From Planctomycetota bacterium (lineage in GTDB: Bacteria > Planctomycetota > Brocadiia > CAIUPP01): DNA of 64,000 nucleotides. The DNA lies in contig JAKJEM010000001.1 of NCBI GenBank assembly GCA_022705425.1, positions 104,253-168,252 of the forward strand, read 5' to 3'. The notes under the pieces were generated by a model that saw nothing but the letters and a program-made list of their open reading frames with translations, searched no databases and had not been told where the DNA came from. A program made the position numbers and the translations under genes. Positions 32,835 through 41,127 of this stretch are shown here, in pieces (within the stretch, counting starts at the first letter, position 1; every line of letters starts with the position of its first letter).

Positions 32835-33853
32835 AGGTTTTCTGCCCCACCTGTGAGGAGTACCGGGAGACCCGGACGGTTGAACGGAAGGAATCGTACA
32901 AGGTGCGCGGCCGGAAGGTCATCGTGCCGGTGACCGTCACGGCGTGCGTGAAGTGCGGGGAGGCCGTGGGAGGCGACGAGAAGGATAAGGAGGTGCTGGC
33001 GGCTGTCTATGCCGAATACCGGCGTCAGAATGATCTCCTGTCCCCCGATCAGATACAGGAAATCCGCCGCCGCTATCGTCTGAGCCAGCGGTCCTTCGCC
33101 GTGCTGCTCGGAATGAGTGAGGCGACGATCAACCGGTATGAACAGGGCGCGCTACAGGAGCCGTCCCATGACACCGCCATCCGCGCTTGCCAAGACCCGG
33201 CATTCGTTCGAGGACTCCTTGAAAGGCGCGGCAACCAGTTGACCGAGTGGCAACGGAAACGGACGGAGGACGCCCTTGCGGGGCAGGCAGTGCCTGAGTC
33301 TCGCTGGGTGGACATCGCAGGCAACGTCAATCTGCTGGCCATGAGCAATGAAGTATCCGTTCAGACCGGGTTCCGCCGGTTCGACTTTCGGCGTTTTGCA
33401 GCCGTGGTCAACTGGTTCTGCTGCGACTTCGGCGGCGTCTCCAGGACGGTTATCAACAAGCTGCTCTTCTATGCGGACTTCTTGAATTTCAAGACGGCGA
33501 CTGTATCGCTGACGGGGAGTCCCTACCGGAGGCTCCAATACGGCCCGGTACCGTCCGATTACGACTTCCTGCTGGGCCAGATGGAGGCACAGGGTCTCAT
33601 CGTGTGCAGGGAAGTCGGCTATCCCACCGGCTATACAGGATTCGAATACAAGCCGGGCTCCCGAGCCGGCGCTGTTGAGGTGACGTTCACCGATCACGAG
33701 AAAAGGGTGCTTGCCAGAGTTGCGAAGGCATTCAAGGGTATGACGGCAAAGGCCATCTCGGACCGGTCACATCGGGAATCGGCTTGGCGAAATACTCCCG
33801 ACAAGCAGTTGATCTCCTACCAGGAGGCTTCCACGCTGTCTCTGAATCTGTGA
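32831..33853 (+). CDS. antitoxin: MqsA-like (N-terminal Zn-ribbon plus XRE HTH) fused to a C-terminal Panacea (DUF4065/SocA-like) domain
   Basis: ATGA overlap with the toxin stop. MKVFCPTCEEY...CVKCGE (CxxC...CxxC). Then ...LSQRSFAVLLGMSEATINRYEQG (HTH_XRE). Then ...VINKLLFYADFLNF...YRRLQYGPVPSDYDFLLGQ (Panacea/DUF4065 signature). Confidence 0.6.
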   Translation: MKVFCPTCEEYRETRTVERKESYKVRGRKVIVPVTVTACVKCGEAVGGDEKDKEVLAAVYAEYRRQNDLLSPDQIQEIRRRYRLSQRSFAVLLGMSEATINRYEQGALQEPSHDTAIRACQDPAFVRGLLERRGNQLTEWQRKRTEDALAGQAVPESRWVDIAGNVNLLAMSNEVSVQTGFRRFDFRRFAAVVNWFCCDFGGVSRTVINKLLFYADFLNFKTATVSLTGSPYRRLQYGPVPSDYDFLLGQMEAQGLIVCREVGYPTGYTGFEYKPGSRAGAVEVTFTDHEKRVLARVAKAFKGMTAKAISDRSHRESAWRNTPDKQLISYQEASTLSLNL

Positions 33854-33865
33854 GGGCGCATCGGC

Positions 33866-36800
33866 GTGCCGATTAATCCTGTCCATTTCGCCCACAACGT
33901 CTGCGACGAATTCCTGCGGTACATCTTCTCCGCCTTCCCGCTGACCGACCCCGACCTGGCGGCGCAGGCGCGGAAGATGTTCGAGCGGCCCTCGTCGCTG
34001 GGCATTCCGCTGGTGCAGGGACCGTATGTGTCGCTGTCCAGGGCCTTTGCCCAGGGCGACCCGGTCGCCGATCTCGCGGCGCGCGGGATGTTGCATCCGG
34101 TCATGCCGGGGCTGATCGGCTACCCCACCCTGTGGGTTCATCAGCAGCGCGTCTTTGAAGCGGTGCGCCGGGGCGAGCACGTGCTGGTGGCTACGGGCAC
34201 CGGCTCGGGCAAGACGGAGGCCTTTCTCCACCCCATTGTGGACGACCTGCTGCGCCAGCGCGATCAGGGGGTGACGGCGGGCCTGTCGGCGGTGCTGGTC
34301 TATCCCATGAACGCCCTGGCCAACGACCAGTTGGAGCGCCTGCGCGACATGCTGGCGGGGACAGGCGTCACCTTCGGACAGTGGGTGGGCACCACGCCGG
34401 ACAAGGAGCGGGACGTCGCCATCGAGCAATTCCCGTCCTCCTCCCGGCAGGCCTATCTGGCGGAGCGCAAGAAGCGCAAGGACGCGGCGCTCGGCGAGAA
34501 CCGTGCGGCGCGGCCCATCGCGCCGCTGGAGGAGTGCCGCAGCGAGGAGGATATTCGCGCGCGGAAGCCGCGCATCCTCATCACGAACTACCGCCAGCTT
34601 GAGATTCTGACCACGCGTTGGCCGGATGTCTCCCTCTTCGCCGGGGCACCGCTGAAGTACCTGGTCTTCGACGAGGCGCACACCTACGAAGGCGCGGTCG
34701 GGGCCGAGGTCGCCTGTCTCATCCGGCGCGTCCGCGCCCTGGCGGGCAAGACTCCGGATGAAGTGACCTGCATCGGCACTTCCGCCACCCTGGCCGACCC
34801 CGACAAGGCCAAGGGCGACCATGAGGCGGCGGCCAAGCGTTTCGCCTCGCGGTTTTTCGGCGTGGACGAGGACAAGGTCACCCTCGTGGGCGAATCGTAC
34901 GTGGCGCGCGAGTGGCCTGGGGGGCGCATCAAGACGGCCCCGCCGCTGGGCGATGGAATGGAACGGGTGAACCGGCTCCTCAAGGCCATGTCCGATCCGG
35001 TGGATCTCCCCGCGCTCAAGGCCGTGATCGAGGAACTGACCGGCCAGATGATTGACCTGGGCGAGGACTGGGCGCGATCGCTCTTCCAGCACCTCCTGGC
35101 CAATGAGTACGTCTATCAGACCACGCAGGTTCTGAGCGAACCGAAGCTTCTCTCCGACGCCGCGTGGCAGACCTCGCAACGCCTGGCCCCGGACCGACTG
35201 GAGCGGGGCGCGCGCGCCGACGGCGAACTGCTCGCCTATTTGCTCCTGGGCGCAGCCGCCCGGCAGGAGGGCGAGGCGCTTCTGCGCCCGAAGGTGCATT
35301 TCTTCATCCGCGGCCTGGATGAGATGACCGTGGCACTCGACGGCGACCCCGACGCCCTTCAGGTGCGGCTCTTCATGTCCCTGGCCGAAGCGCGCGGAGC
35401 CTGCCCCAACCGCCGGGACGACGCCTTCCTCCCCGTCCTCACCTGCCGCAACTGCGGCCAGCACTTCTTCGAGCGCCACTTTCAGAACCTCGAACTCTCC
35501 GCCGGTTCCCAGGGCGACCTGAAGGACTTTGCCTGCGGCAACGCCACGGAGGGCGGCGATGGGCAATCCAATGCCGTCTGGCCCACCGCACCGGAGGGCG
35601 GGGGAACGCGCCTGGTGATGACCAACCGCCTTCTGGAGGAGGCCGACGGGCAGGGGGGAGCCAAGACGGCGCGATGGCCCCGTGGACATGTCTGCCGTCA
35701 GTGCGGCGCGTTGCACCGCAATCCCGGCGACGCCTGCAGCGCCGACGGCTGCGGCCACAAGGCCCCGCTCCTGCCGCTGTTGGCCTTCGGCAAGGAACTG
35801 AGTTCCTGCCCGTCCTGCGGCACACTGAGTTTTCGCATCGGCGGACGGGTGATCGAGCCGGCCCGAAGAGTTCAGGCGGTCACCGTCGCCGACGTGCATA
35901 TTCTCGCCCAGGCGATGATCAACGCCGCGCCCAGGGACCATAAGAAGCTCATCATCTTCGCCGACAGCCGCCAGGATGCGGCCTTCCAGGCGGGCTGGAT
36001 GCAGGACCACGCCCGGCGCATCCGCCTGCGCCACATGATGCACGATGCCATCACCAACGCGCCGGGACCGGTCAAGCTCGACGAGATCGTAGATCGCCTC
36101 ATGGGAGTCTTCCGCAAGGACCGCAGCCTGATTGACGCGCTGCTTCCGGAGTTGACCGGCGAGGAGGCTCAGGCGGTCTTCGGGCACAACGTCTGGGTAC
36201 CCGTTCACCGCGCGCTGCGGTACATGGTCTTGCGCGAGTTCACGACCGGCGTGCGCCGCACCGACTGCCTGGAGGCCATGGGCCTGGCGCAGGTCTCTTA
36301 CGAGAGACTGACGCCGGAGAATCCGGACGTGCAGGAATGGGCTTCGGTTGTCGGCATCACTCCCGCCGATGCGGTCAACGCCATCTCCCTCATCCTGGAC
36401 ATCTGGCGACGCAACCGAATCCTCTTCGTGGAGAAGGAGCCGATCTTCTCTCAGTTCCACGCCCGGGACAATGAGTACATCCAGGTCGGCTTGTTGGCGC
36501 TGCGCGACTTCCGCCCGGAAGGTCTTCTCCTGAAGGCCGGTGAGCAGGACAAGTACGCGCGCGGCGTGAAGGCTCCGCGCGGACAGTCGGCGGTGCAGGC
36601 GCTCCTCAAGAAGTGGACGCCGGACTCCGGCAAGGTGGACCTCGACGCCGCCATCGGTCTGCTTTGGGAGTTATTGACGGAACGTATCAAGCTCCTGTCC
36701 AAGGTCGTCTTGCGTTCACAGAAGGACACCCCGCTCGGGGGCGACGTATGGCAGGTCAATGCCGATACGGTGCGTGTCGCGAAGAGCAACCAACGCGCGC

Positions 36801-39238
36801 GCTGCAAGACCTGTCAGCGCATCACGACGCGCCCGGCTCCCCGGTCAGCCTGCACGCGTCATCACTGCCCCGGCAGTACCGTGACGCTGGAGCCGGACAA
36901 GGACAACTATGACGTGTGGCTTATGCGGCGGCCATTCGTCATGGTCAGCGCCGAGGAACACACGGCCCAGGTACCCGGCGAGGTTCGCCTCAAGGTCGAG
37001 CAGGATTTCAAGTCGCGCAAGGGCCGGACCAACTGCCTTGTGGCCACCCCGACGCTGGAAATGGGCGTCAACATCGGCGACCTGGACATGGTCCTCATGC
37101 GCAACGTTCCGCCGCGCGCGAGCAATTACTGGCAGCGTGCCGGACGCGCGGGCCGCGAAGAGCACATGGCGGTCGTCGTGACGTACTGCCGGCGCTCGCC
37201 GCATGACCGCTATTTCTTTGAAGACCCGCTGCGCCTGCTGGGTGGGGCCATTGAAGCGCCGGTGTTCAACCTCCGCAACCCCCTCATGGTCGGCAAGCAC
37301 ATCCGATCAGCCATCTTGTCGGAACTGCTCCTGCGAGCGCGTGGCAACGGCCCCGATGCGCGGAAGATTCATGACGTCCTTGTCCCGTGCTTCCCGACCT
37401 TCATTCGCGACTACCTCCTCGACGAGCAGAACCGCTTCCGCGAGACGCCCCCCGGCGTGGCATCGCTTCAGCATCTCCTCGACACCATGAAAGACCCCCT
37501 GACAGAGCGGCTGCTTCAACTCTTCGCTCAACATTGGCCCGAAGATGCCCGGGAACTCACCACGCGCGCAGCCATTGTTCAGATCGTGGAGGAGACGGCG
37601 GCCGCGCTCGACGGTGTTCTGGGTCGCCTGCATCGCCGTCTGGCGTGGGCGCTGAAGACTCAAGCCGATATCCACCGCAAGAAGGAGGCGGGCCTGATTG
37701 ACCGCGAGGAAGATCAGTTGTTGCGTCGTTGCGACGACTACATCAATCGGATCATGCGCCGCGACAGTTCCACATACACCCTGACGGTGCTGGGCGTGGA
37801 GGGCTTCCTGCCCGGCTACGGCGTCTATGAAGGCGGCGTGGTGGCTTCGGCGAGGGCCGGATTTGCCCGCCATCCAGGCTCACGCTCCTTTGAACTATCG
37901 CGAAGCAACGTCGTGGCTCTTCGCGAGTTCGTGCCGGGCAATCGCCTCTACGCCAATCGGGGCACCTTCTACGTATCGCGCTTCCACCTGGCTGCCGATG
38001 AATCGAGCAAACTGCGCACCTTGCGCGTTGACCCCGAGAAGGGCACGGTCAGTGACCACACCGGCAACGCCGCTTACGGCCAGTCCGCCGCACAGATCAT
38101 TGATGCGTTGCCGCTGACGGACCTGGACCTGACGCACGAGAGCCGGATCAGCGAAGACGAGAGCCTGCGTTTTTCCATGCCCGTGGAGATCGTCGGTCGC
38201 CTGCGCCGCCGATGCCGGGGCGGAAAGGCCTTCAAGATTGGCCAGGTGGAGGCCCACCACCTCAAAGGGCAGGGCATCGAGTTGGTCAACCTGGGCGAAA
38301 CCGGACGCGTCAAACGCAAGGAACTTGGCCACTGGATCTGCTCGATCTGCGGGGCTGCCAAGACGCCCTATGCTGTTCCGGCTGAAATCAATCACTTCAT
38401 CCAAGGGCACAAGGACCGTTGCGGTCGTGAACCCGTCCGCCTGGCTCTGACCGCCCAAGCCGACGTTGACATGATCCAGTTCCATGCCATGGAGAACCCG
38501 GCCAAGGGAATCAACATCGGCGAAGCGCTACGCACCGCCGCAGCGCGCGTCTTGGACATGGGGCCGGAGGACCTCCAGTTGCTCGTGGTGCAGAAGCCCG
38601 ATGACACACTCGACCTCCTGCTCTACGACCCCATGCCCGGTGGTTCGGGCCTGCTCGACCAGATGCTTGGGCGCTGGCCGGAGATTATCACTGCGGCCAG
38701 GAACCTTCTGGCCAACTGCCCACTGGCTTGCGAGGCCGCGTGCTATTGCTGCCTGAAGACTTTCCGCAACCAATCGCACCACGAAGCGCTTGACCGCCAC
38801 AAGGCTTTGGAGTATCTCCAAGCGCTTGACCACACGCCGCAGAGCTATCGTGACATCGGCCCGCAGTTTGAGGAAGAATCGGCCGGTCAAGGGACGCCGT
38901 CGAATACGGCGGAGGCCCGCCTGGAGCGCATTCTGCTCGACCATCACTTCCCCGTGGGGAAGGCCCGCCGGCGGATTACGGCGAGCGCGGGGCTCTCTAC
39001 GGTGCCTGACTGGCTCCACGAGCCGTCCAAGACCGCTGTGTACCTCGACGGCATGAGTCGCAACCTGCACGGCGATCCGAAGACGGCCCAGCGGGATCAA
39101 CTGATCCGGCAGATGCTGGAACTGGACGGGTACAAAGTTGTAGTTGTTCAGTCACGTGACTTGGATGATCCGGAGGCACTGCGACGACACCTGAAGAACA
39201 TCGCTCAGGCTTTGGGCCGAGGGGATCTGATCAGTTGA
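33866..39238 (+). CDS. 1790-aa DEAD/DEAH-box helicase with Cys-rich (DUF1998-like) region and C-terminal DUF559/Vsr-like endonuclease domain; DISARM DrmA/DrmB-like fusion (or DruE-like)
   Basis: GTG start. Walker A VATGTGSGKTEAF. DEAH box (LVFDEAHTYEG). HELICc ...LVATPTLEMGVNIGDLDMVLMRNVPPRASNYWQRAGRAGR. Multiple CxxC clusters (CRQCGALH..., CPSCGTL, CSICGAAK, CPLACEAACYCC). C-terminal ...SKTAVYLDGMSRNLHGDPKTAQRDQLIRQMLELDGYKVVVV resembles DUF559 (AVxxDGxxH...D..RD..L...G). Confidence 0.65.
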   Translation: MPINPVHFAHNVCDEFLRYIFSAFPLTDPDLAAQARKMFERPSSLGIPLVQGPYVSLSRAFAQGDPVADLAARGMLHPVMPGLIGYPTLWVHQQRVFEAVRRGEHVLVATGTGSGKTEAFLHPIVDDLLRQRDQGVTAGLSAVLVYPMNALANDQLERLRDMLAGTGVTFGQWVGTTPDKERDVAIEQFPSSSRQAYLAERKKRKDAALGENRAARPIAPLEECRSEEDIRARKPRILITNYRQLEILTTRWPDVSLFAGAPLKYLVFDEAHTYEGAVGAEVACLIRRVRALAGKTPDEVTCIGTSATLADPDKAKGDHEAAAKRFASRFFGVDEDKVTLVGESYVAREWPGGRIKTAPPLGDGMERVNRLLKAMSDPVDLPALKAVIEELTGQMIDLGEDWARSLFQHLLANEYVYQTTQVLSEPKLLSDAAWQTSQRLAPDRLERGARADGELLAYLLLGAAARQEGEALLRPKVHFFIRGLDEMTVALDGDPDALQVRLFMSLAEARGACPNRRDDAFLPVLTCRNCGQHFFERHFQNLELSAGSQGDLKDFACGNATEGGDGQSNAVWPTAPEGGGTRLVMTNRLLEEADGQGGAKTARWPRGHVCRQCGALHRNPGDACSADGCGHKAPLLPLLAFGKELSSCPSCGTLSFRIGGRVIEPARRVQAVTVADVHILAQAMINAAPRDHKKLIIFADSRQDAAFQAGWMQDHARRIRLRHMMHDAITNAPGPVKLDEIVDRLMGVFRKDRSLIDALLPELTGEEAQAVFGHNVWVPVHRALRYMVLREFTTGVRRTDCLEAMGLAQVSYERLTPENPDVQEWASVVGITPADAVNAISLILDIWRRNRILFVEKEPIFSQFHARDNEYIQVGLLALRDFRPEGLLLKAGEQDKYARGVKAPRGQSAVQALLKKWTPDSGKVDLDAAIGLLWELLTERIKLLSKVVLRSQKDTPLGGDVWQVNADTVRVAKSNQRARCKTCQRITTRPAPRSACTRHHCPGSTVTLEPDKDNYDVWLMRRPFVMVSAEEHTAQVPGEVRLKVEQDFKSRKGRTNCLVATPTLEMGVNIGDLDMVLMRNVPPRASNYWQRAGRAGREEHMAVVVTYCRRSPHDRYFFEDPLRLLGGAIEAPVFNLRNPLMVGKHIRSAILSELLLRARGNGPDARKIHDVLVPCFPTFIRDYLLDEQNRFRETPPGVASLQHLLDTMKDPLTERLLQLFAQHWPEDARELTTRAAIVQIVEETAAALDGVLGRLHRRLAWALKTQADIHRKKEAGLIDREEDQLLRRCDDYINRIMRRDSSTYTLTVLGVEGFLPGYGVYEGGVVASARAGFARHPGSRSFELSRSNVVALREFVPGNRLYANRGTFYVSRFHLAADESSKLRTLRVDPEKGTVSDHTGNAAYGQSAAQIIDALPLTDLDLTHESRISEDESLRFSMPVEIVGRLRRRCRGGKAFKIGQVEAHHLKGQGIELVNLGETGRVKRKELGHWICSICGAAKTPYAVPAEINHFIQGHKDRCGREPVRLALTAQADVDMIQFHAMENPAKGINIGEALRTAAARVLDMGPEDLQLLVVQKPDDTLDLLLYDPMPGGSGLLDQMLGRWPEIITAARNLLANCPLACEAACYCCLKTFRNQSHHEALDRHKALEYLQALDHTPQSYRDIGPQFEEESAGQGTPSNTAEARLERILLDHHFPVGKARRRITASAGLSTVPDWLHEPSKTAVYLDGMSRNLHGDPKTAQRDQLIRQMLELDGYKVVVVQSRDLDDPEALRRHLKNIAQALGRGDLIS

Positions 39239-39436
39239 TGGCGACCACGTTGTGGCTCCCGCTAACGATGGTGCTTTCCATCTCTTCACTTTCGCGTATG
39301 GGGCATCCGTGATCGGGCTGGAACACAGGCCCCGTTGTCGCAACGTCTCAATCGCATTCGCGTTAGCCACTTTGATCCGGTTGGCCATACACATCCTCCT
39401 TTCCCAGAGGATGCTACGGCCCTACCGGCTCCTTCC

Positions 39437-39634
39437 TCAAAGTGGCTGTATTTCAACTGTCCCTACGTGGCTGCATTTGCCCGTCCGCCGACACCACGGG
39501 CAGAACTGGTTCGTCGTGGTCCCGTGCTGCCGGCAGGCCTCCGACACCGGGCTCTCCCCCCGCAATCCCTCCAGGACGATGGACACCTTCTCCGATGCCG
39601 TGAAGGTCCTCCGTCCGCTCCTTTCCAGACGCAT
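39437..39634 (-). pseudogene. remnant of an IS3-family transposase orfA (HTH part), truncated
   Basis: MRLERSGRRTFTASEKVSIVLEGLRGESPVSEACRQHGTTTNQFCPWCRR matches the IS3/IS911 OrfA N-terminus (RRxFTxEfKxxIVLEglrGE.SvxEvcRxhGIsxxxFyxWrrq). It then diverges into a stop. No orfB and no inverted repeats are seen. Confidence 0.4.
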
Positions 39635-39831
39635 CGCGCGGGGGTATATACTGGCCGGGTGCCGCACTCTTGTTCCGCCACCTGCCGCACTCTTACGCCG
39701 GCGTTTGCAGCCAGAGGCAAGCGCACCGCTCTTCACCCCCTCATCTGTCCCACTTCGCGGAGAAGCTACACATATGGCTCCTTGCCGACGCAGAATCCGG
39801 CGGGCACATGGCGCGTGGAAACGCGGCACAG

Positions 39832-41124
39832 TCATGTTCCCGGTCGAAGCTCCTGGATTTCGTCGTCCATCACCCTCTTCACAAGAGCCATGGAAGCCGC
39901 CGCGAATGCGTTGAAGGACTGCTCATCGTTCAGGGCCTGCCGCGCGTCCGCATTCCCCGAGACGGTCATGTGCGCGAGGGCATTCCGGGCGTCGCGGAGC
40001 CGCTCCCACGCCCGACGGTCGGCCGGGTTCAGCTTGTCCAGTTGATCCTTCACCCGGTCGCGCATGCGTTCATTGTACGCGGTCCAATCCCTGCACCCGC
40101 AGTGAACCATCGCGATATGGACCATCACCAGTTCACATAACAGCAGGATGGGTCGCAGCCGCTCCCCGCGCGCAACGAGGTCCTCCACCTTCTTGAACAG
40201 CCGGCGCTCAAGCCCTCCCGGCGTCTGGCTCCAGGCAAACGCGTCGCGGAGTTCCTCTTTGACGGCATTGCGCAATGGGTCCGGGGATGTCTCGGACTCA
40301 AGGTTCTTTCGGGCCTGGCCGGCCGGCCCCTGCGCTTTGGCCATCTGGTTGATCTCTTCAAGAAACGATGCTCTTTCGATTTCCGGCTGCGCCCTGGGGT
40401 ACAGGGCGGCGAGTGACCGGTAATCCCCCGTGAGCCTGTAAGCGGCGCAGGCCGCCGACGTCTGCGCGTAGTGACCGGACAACGACAGATCAACCACGGG
40501 GACCAGGCCATCACCCGTGCGCATGTCGAACGCGCCGTAGTAGATACCCGTCACGCGGGCGTTCCGCAGCCATTGCAGGGGCATCAGCATGAAGGAGGCC
40601 AGCACCGGCAGATGGCGGTAGGAGTGGGTGATGTCGAGGATGATCTCGTCATCTTGCCCTGTGTGCCGCATGAGAACGTTCATCAGTTCATACTGCTCTT
40701 CACGCTCGCGGCAGTCGCCGATGAGTTCCAGCCGGAGGGCCTTGACGCCAAGAACATCGGCCAGGCCGGCCGGCGCTGCGGAAAGGTCTCCCGGGGAGAC
40801 TGTTCCACCCAGGACTCGCGGTTTGATTCGATCAAACCACGGGGCGACTTCGGAGAAGGCCTCATCGCTGGGGTGTCTGTCCCAGAAAGCATCGAGCAGG
40901 GCATCCCAGCCTGAACCGGCCGTGCCGAGAATGAGCCATTTGTCGGGGTGCAGGCCCTTACGGCCAAGGTACTGCCACAAGGCCCAGCCGAACAACGTCG
41001 TCCGGATGCGCTCATCCCGATCGAAGCGGTATGTCGCAGCGCTGTAGCCCGACCGCCCGGCGTCGCCGGCTGCGCCGCGGTCCTGTGCGCGCCCTATGAA
41101 ACTCACAACTACCTTCTTTCCCAC
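39832..41124 (-). CDS. CRISPR-associated CARF-domain protein with a C-terminal HEPN-like Rx4H motif (Csx1/Csm6-like, TM1812-like family)
   Basis: GTG start at 41124. N-terminus KKVVVSFIGRAQD...SAATYRFD is typical of CARF Cas accessory proteins. The C-terminus has RDARNALAHM (R-x4-H). It lies immediately beyond the distal end of the array. Confidence 0.55.
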   Translation of the reverse strand: MGKKVVVSFIGRAQDRGAAGDAGRSGYSAATYRFDRDERIRTTLFGWALWQYLGRKGLHPDKWLILGTAGSGWDALLDAFWDRHPSDEAFSEVAPWFDRIKPRVLGGTVSPGDLSAAPAGLADVLGVKALRLELIGDCREREEQYELMNVLMRHTGQDDEIILDITHSYRHLPVLASFMLMPLQWLRNARVTGIYYGAFDMRTGDGLVPVVDLSLSGHYAQTSAACAAYRLTGDYRSLAALYPRAQPEIERASFLEEINQMAKAQGPAGQARKNLESETSPDPLRNAVKEELRDAFAWSQTPGGLERRLFKKVEDLVARGERLRPILLLCELVMVHIAMVHCGCRDWTAYNERMRDRVKDQLDKLNPADRRAWERLRDARNALAHMTVSGNADARQALNDEQSFNAFAAASMALVKRVMDDEIQELRPGT

Positions 41125-41127
41125 GTC

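Noticed and set aside
33767-36460. 897-aa minus-strand ORF antisense to the DrmAB-like helicase
   Set aside because: Antisense artefact.
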